In this document: piece after piece, positions 58,501-64,000 of the stretch | Numbering within the stretch: position 1 is the stretch's first letter | How the letters are laid out: the number at the start of each line of letters is the position of its first letter | Assembly (NCBI GenBank): GCA_964016885.1 | Contig: OZ024745.1 | Coordinates: 7,626,001-7,690,000, forward strand | Length of the DNA: 64,000 bases | Reading direction: 5' to 3' | DNA from: Eledone cirrhosa | Lineage: Eukaryota | Program-made: the position numbers and the translations under genes | Notes under the pieces: model-generated | The model's database searches: none | What the model was told of the DNA's origin: nothing | Seen by the model: the letters and a program-made list of their open reading frames with translations, nothing else

Positions 58501-61500
58501 TGTTCATGATACTATCTACCATGACAGTGTTCATGATATTATCTACCATGACAGTGTTCATGATATTATCTACCATGACAGTGTTCATGATATTCTCTAC
58601 CATGACAGTGTTCATGATACTATCTACAATGACAGTGTTCATGATACTATCTACCATGACAGTGTTCATGATATTATCTACGATGACCGTGTTCATGATA
58701 CTATCTACCATGACAGTGTTCGTGATATTATCTACCATGACAGTGTTCATGATATTCTCTACCATGACAGTGTTAATGATATTATCTACCATGACAGTGT
58801 TCATGATATTCTCTACCATGACAGTGTTCATGATACTATCTACCATCACAGTGTTCATGATATTATCTACGATGGCAGTGTTCATGATATTATCTACCAG
58901 GACAGTGTTCATGATATTATCTACCATGACAGTGTTCATGATATTATCTACCATGACAGTGTTAATGATATTATCTACCATGACAGTGTTCATGATATTA
59001 TCTACCATGACAGTGTTCATGATATTATCTACCATGACAGTGTTCATGATATTCTCTACCATGACAGTGTTCCTGATATTATCTACCATGACAGTGTTCA
59101 TGATACTATCTAGCATGACAGTGTTCATGATATTATCTACCATGACAGTGTTCATGATATTATCTACCATGACAGTGTTCATGATATTATCTACCATGAC
59201 AGTGTTCATGATATTATCTACCATGACAGTGTTCATGATATTATCTACCATGACAGTGTTCATGATATTATCTACCATGACAGTGTTAATGATATTATCT
59301 ACCATGACAGTGTTCATGATACTATCTACCATGACAGTGTTCATGATATTATCTACCATGACAGCGTTCATGATATTCTCTACCATGACAGTGTTCATGA
59401 TATTATCTACCATGACAGTGTTCATGATATTCTCTACCATGACAGTGTTCATGATACTATCTACCATGACAGTGTTCATGATATTATCTACCATGCCAGT
59501 TTTCCTGATACTATCTACCATGACAGTGTTAATGATATTATCTACCATGACAGTGTTCATGATATTATCTACCATGACAGTTTTCCTGATACTATCTACC
59601 ATGACAGTGTTCCTGATATTATCTACCATGGCTGTGTTCATGATATTATCTACCATGACAGTGTTCCTGATATTATCTACCATGACAGTGTTAATGATAT
59701 TATCTACCATGACAGTGTTCATGATATTATCTACCATGACAATGTTAGTGATATTATCTACCATGACAGTGTTCATGATATAATCTACCCAGACAGTGTT
59801 CATGATATTATCTACCATGTCAGTGTACATGATACTATCTACCGTGACAGTGTTCATAATATTATCTACCATGACAGTGTTCATGATATTATCTACCATG
59901 ACAGTGTTCATGATATTATCTACCATGACAGTGTTCATGATACCATCTACTATGACAGTGTTCATGATATTATCTACGATGACAGTGTTCGTGATACTAT
60001 CTACCATGACAGTGTTCATGATATTATCTACCATAACAGTGTTCATGATATTATCTACCATGACAGTGTTCATGATATTACCTACCATGACAGTGTTCAT
60101 GATATTAACTACCATGGAAGTGTTCATGATATTATTTACCCTGACAGTGTTCATGATACTATCTATCATGACAGTGTTCATGATATTATCTACCATGTCA
60201 GTGTACATGATACTATCTACCATGACGGTGTTCATGATATTATCTACCATAACAGTGTTCATGATATTATCTACCATGACAGTGTTCATTATATTATCTA
60301 CCATGACAGTGTTCATGATATTATCTACGATGACAGTGTTCATGATACTATCTACCATGACAGTGTTAATGATATTATCTACCATGACAGTGTTCATGAT
60401 ATTATCTACCATGACAGTGTTCATGATATTCTCTACCATGACAGTGTTCATGATACTTTCTACCACGGCAGTGTTAATGATATTATCTACCATGACAGTG
60501 TTCATGATACTATTTACCATGACAGTGTTCATGAGTCTATCTACCATGACAGTGTTCATGATATTATCTACCATGACAATGTTCATGATACTATCTACCA
60601 TGACAGTGTTCATCATATTATCTACCATGACAGTGTTCATGATCTTATCTACCATGACAGTGTTCATGATACTATCTACCATGACAGTGTTCATGATATT
60701 ATCTACCATGACAGTGTTCATGATATTCTCTACCATGACAGTGTTCATGATACTATCTACCATGACAGTGTTCATGATATTATCTACCATGACAATGTTC
60801 ATGATATTCTCTACCATGACAGTGTTCATGATATTCTCTACCATGACAGTGTTCATGATACTATCTACCATGACAGTGTTCATGATACTATCTACCATGA
60901 CAGTGTTCATGATACTATTTACCATGACAGTGTTCATGAGTCTATCTACCATGACAGTGTTCATGATATTATCTACCATGACAATGTTCCTGATACTATC
61001 TACCATGACAGTGTTCATGTTATTATCTACCATGACAGTGTTCATGATATTATCTACCATGACAGTGTTCATGATACTATCTACCATGACAGTGTTCATG
61101 ATATTATCTACCATGACAGTGTTCATGATATTATCTACGATGACAGTGTTCCTGATACTATCTACCATGACAGTGTTCATGTTATTATCTACCATGACAG
61201 TGTTCATGATACTATCTACCATGACAGTGTTCATGATATTATCTACCATGACAGTGTTCATGATATTCTCTACCATGACAGTGTTCATGATACTATCTAC
61301 AATGACAGTGTTCATGATACTATCTACCATGACAGTGTTCATGATATTATCTACCATGACAGTGTTCATGATATTCTCTACCATGACAGTGTTCATGATA
61401 CTATCTACAATGACAGTGTTCATGATACTATCTACCATGACAGTGTTCATGATATTATCTACCATGACAGTGTTCATGATATTATCTACCATGACAGTGT

Positions 61501-64000
61501 TCGTGATATTATCTACCATGACAGTGTTCATGATATTCTCTACCATGACAGTGTTAATGATATTATCTACAATGACAGTGTTCATGATATTCTCTACCAT
61601 GACAGTGTTCATGATACTATCTACCATCACAGTGTTCATGATATTATCTACGATGGCAGTGTTCATGATATTATCTACCAGGACAGTGTTTATGATATTA
61701 TCTACCATGACAGTGTTCATGATATTATCTACCATGACAGTGTTGATGATATTATCTACCATGACAGTGTTCATGATATTATCTACCATGACAGTGTTCA
61801 TGATATTATCTACCATGACAGTGTTCATGATATTCTCTACCATGACAGTGTTCCTGATATTATCTACCATGACAGTGTTCATGATACTATCTACCATGAC
61901 AGTGTTCATGATATTATCTACCATGACAGTGTTCATGATATTATCTACCATGACAGTGTTCATGATATTATCTACCATGACAGTGTTCATGATATTATCT
62001 ACCATGACAGTGTTCATGATATTATCTACCATGACAGTGTTCATGATATTATCTACCATGACAGTGTTCATGATATTATCTACGATGACAGTGTTCGTGA
62101 TACTACCTACCATGACAGTGTTCATGATATTATCTACCATAACAGTGTTCATGATATTATCTACCATGACAGTGTTCATGATATTACCTACCATGACAGT
62201 GTTCATGATATTAACTACCATGGAAGTGTTCATGATATTATTTACCCTGACAGTGTTCATGATACTATCTATCATGACAGTGTTCATGATATTATCTACC
62301 ATGTCAGTGTACATGATACTATCTACCATGACGTTGTTCATGATATTATCTACCATAACAGTGTTCATGATATTATCTACCATGACAGTGTTCATTATAT
62401 TATCTACCATGACAGTGTTCATGATATTATCTACGATGACAGTGTTCATGATACTATCTACCATGACAGTGTTAATGATATTATCTACCATGACAGTGTT
62501 CATGATATTATCTACCATGACAGTGTTCATGATATTCTCTACCATGACAGTGTTCATGATACTTTCTACCACGGCAGTGTTAATGATATTATCTACCATG
62601 ACAGTGTTCATGATACTATTTACCATGACAGTGTTCATGAGTCTATCTACCATGACAGTGTTCATGATATTATCTACCATGACAGTGTTCATGATACTAT
62701 CTACCATGACAGTGTTCATGATATTATCTACCATGACAGTGTTCATGATCTTATCTACCATGACAGTGTTCATGATACTATCTACCATGACAGTGTTCAT
62801 GATATTATCTACCATGACAGTGTTCATGATATTCTCTACCATGACAGTGTTCATGATACTATCTACCATGACAGTGTTCATGATATTATCTACGATGTCA
62901 GTGTTCCTGATACTAATACTATCTACCATGACAGTGTTCATGATATTATCTACCATGACAGTGTTCATGATATTATCTACCATGACAGTGTTCATGATAC
63001 TATCTACCATGACAGTGTTCATGATATTATCTACCATGACAGTGTTCATGATATTATCTACGATGTCAGTGTTCCTGATACTATCTACCATGACAGTGTT
63101 CATGATATTATCTACCATGACAGTGTTCATGATATTATCTACCATGACAGTGTTCATGATACTATCTACCATGACAGTGTTCATGATATTATCTACCATG
63201 ACAGTGTTCATGATACTATCTACCATGACAGTGTTCATGATATTATCTACCATGACCGTGTTCATGATATTCTCTACCATGACAGTGTTCATGATACTAT
63301 CTACCATGACAGTGTTCATGATATTATCTACGATGTCAGTGTTCCTGATACTATCTACCATGACAGTGTTCATGATATTATCTACCATGACAGTGTTCAT
63401 GATATTATCTACCATGACAGTGTTCATGATACTATCTACCATGACAGTGTTCATGATGTTATCTACCATGACGGTGTTCATGATATTATCTACCATGACA
63501 GTGTTCATGATATTATCTACCATGACAGTGTTCATGATATTATCTACGATGACAGTGTTCCTGATACTATCTACCATGACAGTGTTCATGATATTATCTA
63601 CCATGACAGTGTTCATGATATTATCTACCACGACAGTGTTCATGATATTCTCTACCATGACAGTGTTCATGATACTATCTACAATGACAGTGTTCATGAT
63701 ACTATCTACCATGACAGTGTTCAAGATATTATCTACCATGACAGTGTTCATGATATTCTCTACCATGACAGTGTTCATGATACTATCTACAATGACAGTG
63801 TTCATGATACTATCTACCATGACAGTGTTCATGATATTATCTACCATGACAGTGTTCATGATATTATCTACCATGACAGTGTTCATGATATTCTCTACCA
63901 TGACAGTGTTCATGATACTATCTACAATGACAGTGTTCATGATACTATCTACCATGACAGTGTTCATGATATTATCTACGATGACAGTGTTCATGATACT
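46526..64000. repeat. 27-bp satellite (about 650 units; runs off the window)
   Basis: ccatgacagtgttcatgatattatcta. Confidence 0.99.

Noticed and set aside
47495-63994. Giant ORFs (5499 aa minus; 4083, 901 and 563 aa plus) as real genes
   Set aside because: Pure 27-bp tandem repeat open on both strands; stop-free by codon structure; no unique domain seen.
42972-64000. CRISPR-like arrays
   Set aside because: Head-to-tail units without unique spacers, eukaryotic context and no cas genes.

Overview
AT-rich, microsatellite-saturated eukaryotic DNA, most likely an octopus genome (inferred from the SINE families and an RTE LINE with C2H2 fingers). No host protein-coding exon could be supported. 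Positions 1-43 kb are a mosaic of tRNA-derived SINEs, decayed LINEs (Tx1/L1-like, RTE, R4/Dong-like), a mariner relic, a non-autonomous Helitron and simple repeats. Positions 43-64 kb are two abutting satellites (28-bp and 27-bp units). The 4000-5500 aa ORFs there are explained by the codon structure of the repeat unit. The most notable signal is a set of short elements, unrelated in sequence, sitting in (TA)n tracts. They share one architecture (inverted arm, loop, direct arm, tail) and carry minimal hammerhead-ribozyme (HHR) motifs, as known for Penelope-like pseudo-LTRs. Three have essentially complete HHR cores (7080-7144, 19828-19885 with its mirror copy, 20529-20571). In several others the fold-back point falls inside HHR stem II, and the two arms of each copy share private variants, which suggests snap-back synthesis at each insertion. 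Also seen: an inverted duplication carrying an RTE 3' end, a micro-inversion of the RT catalytic motif in a Tx1 LINE, and fold-back junctions at LINE 5' ends. All calls are by eye; coordinates may be off by a few bases.
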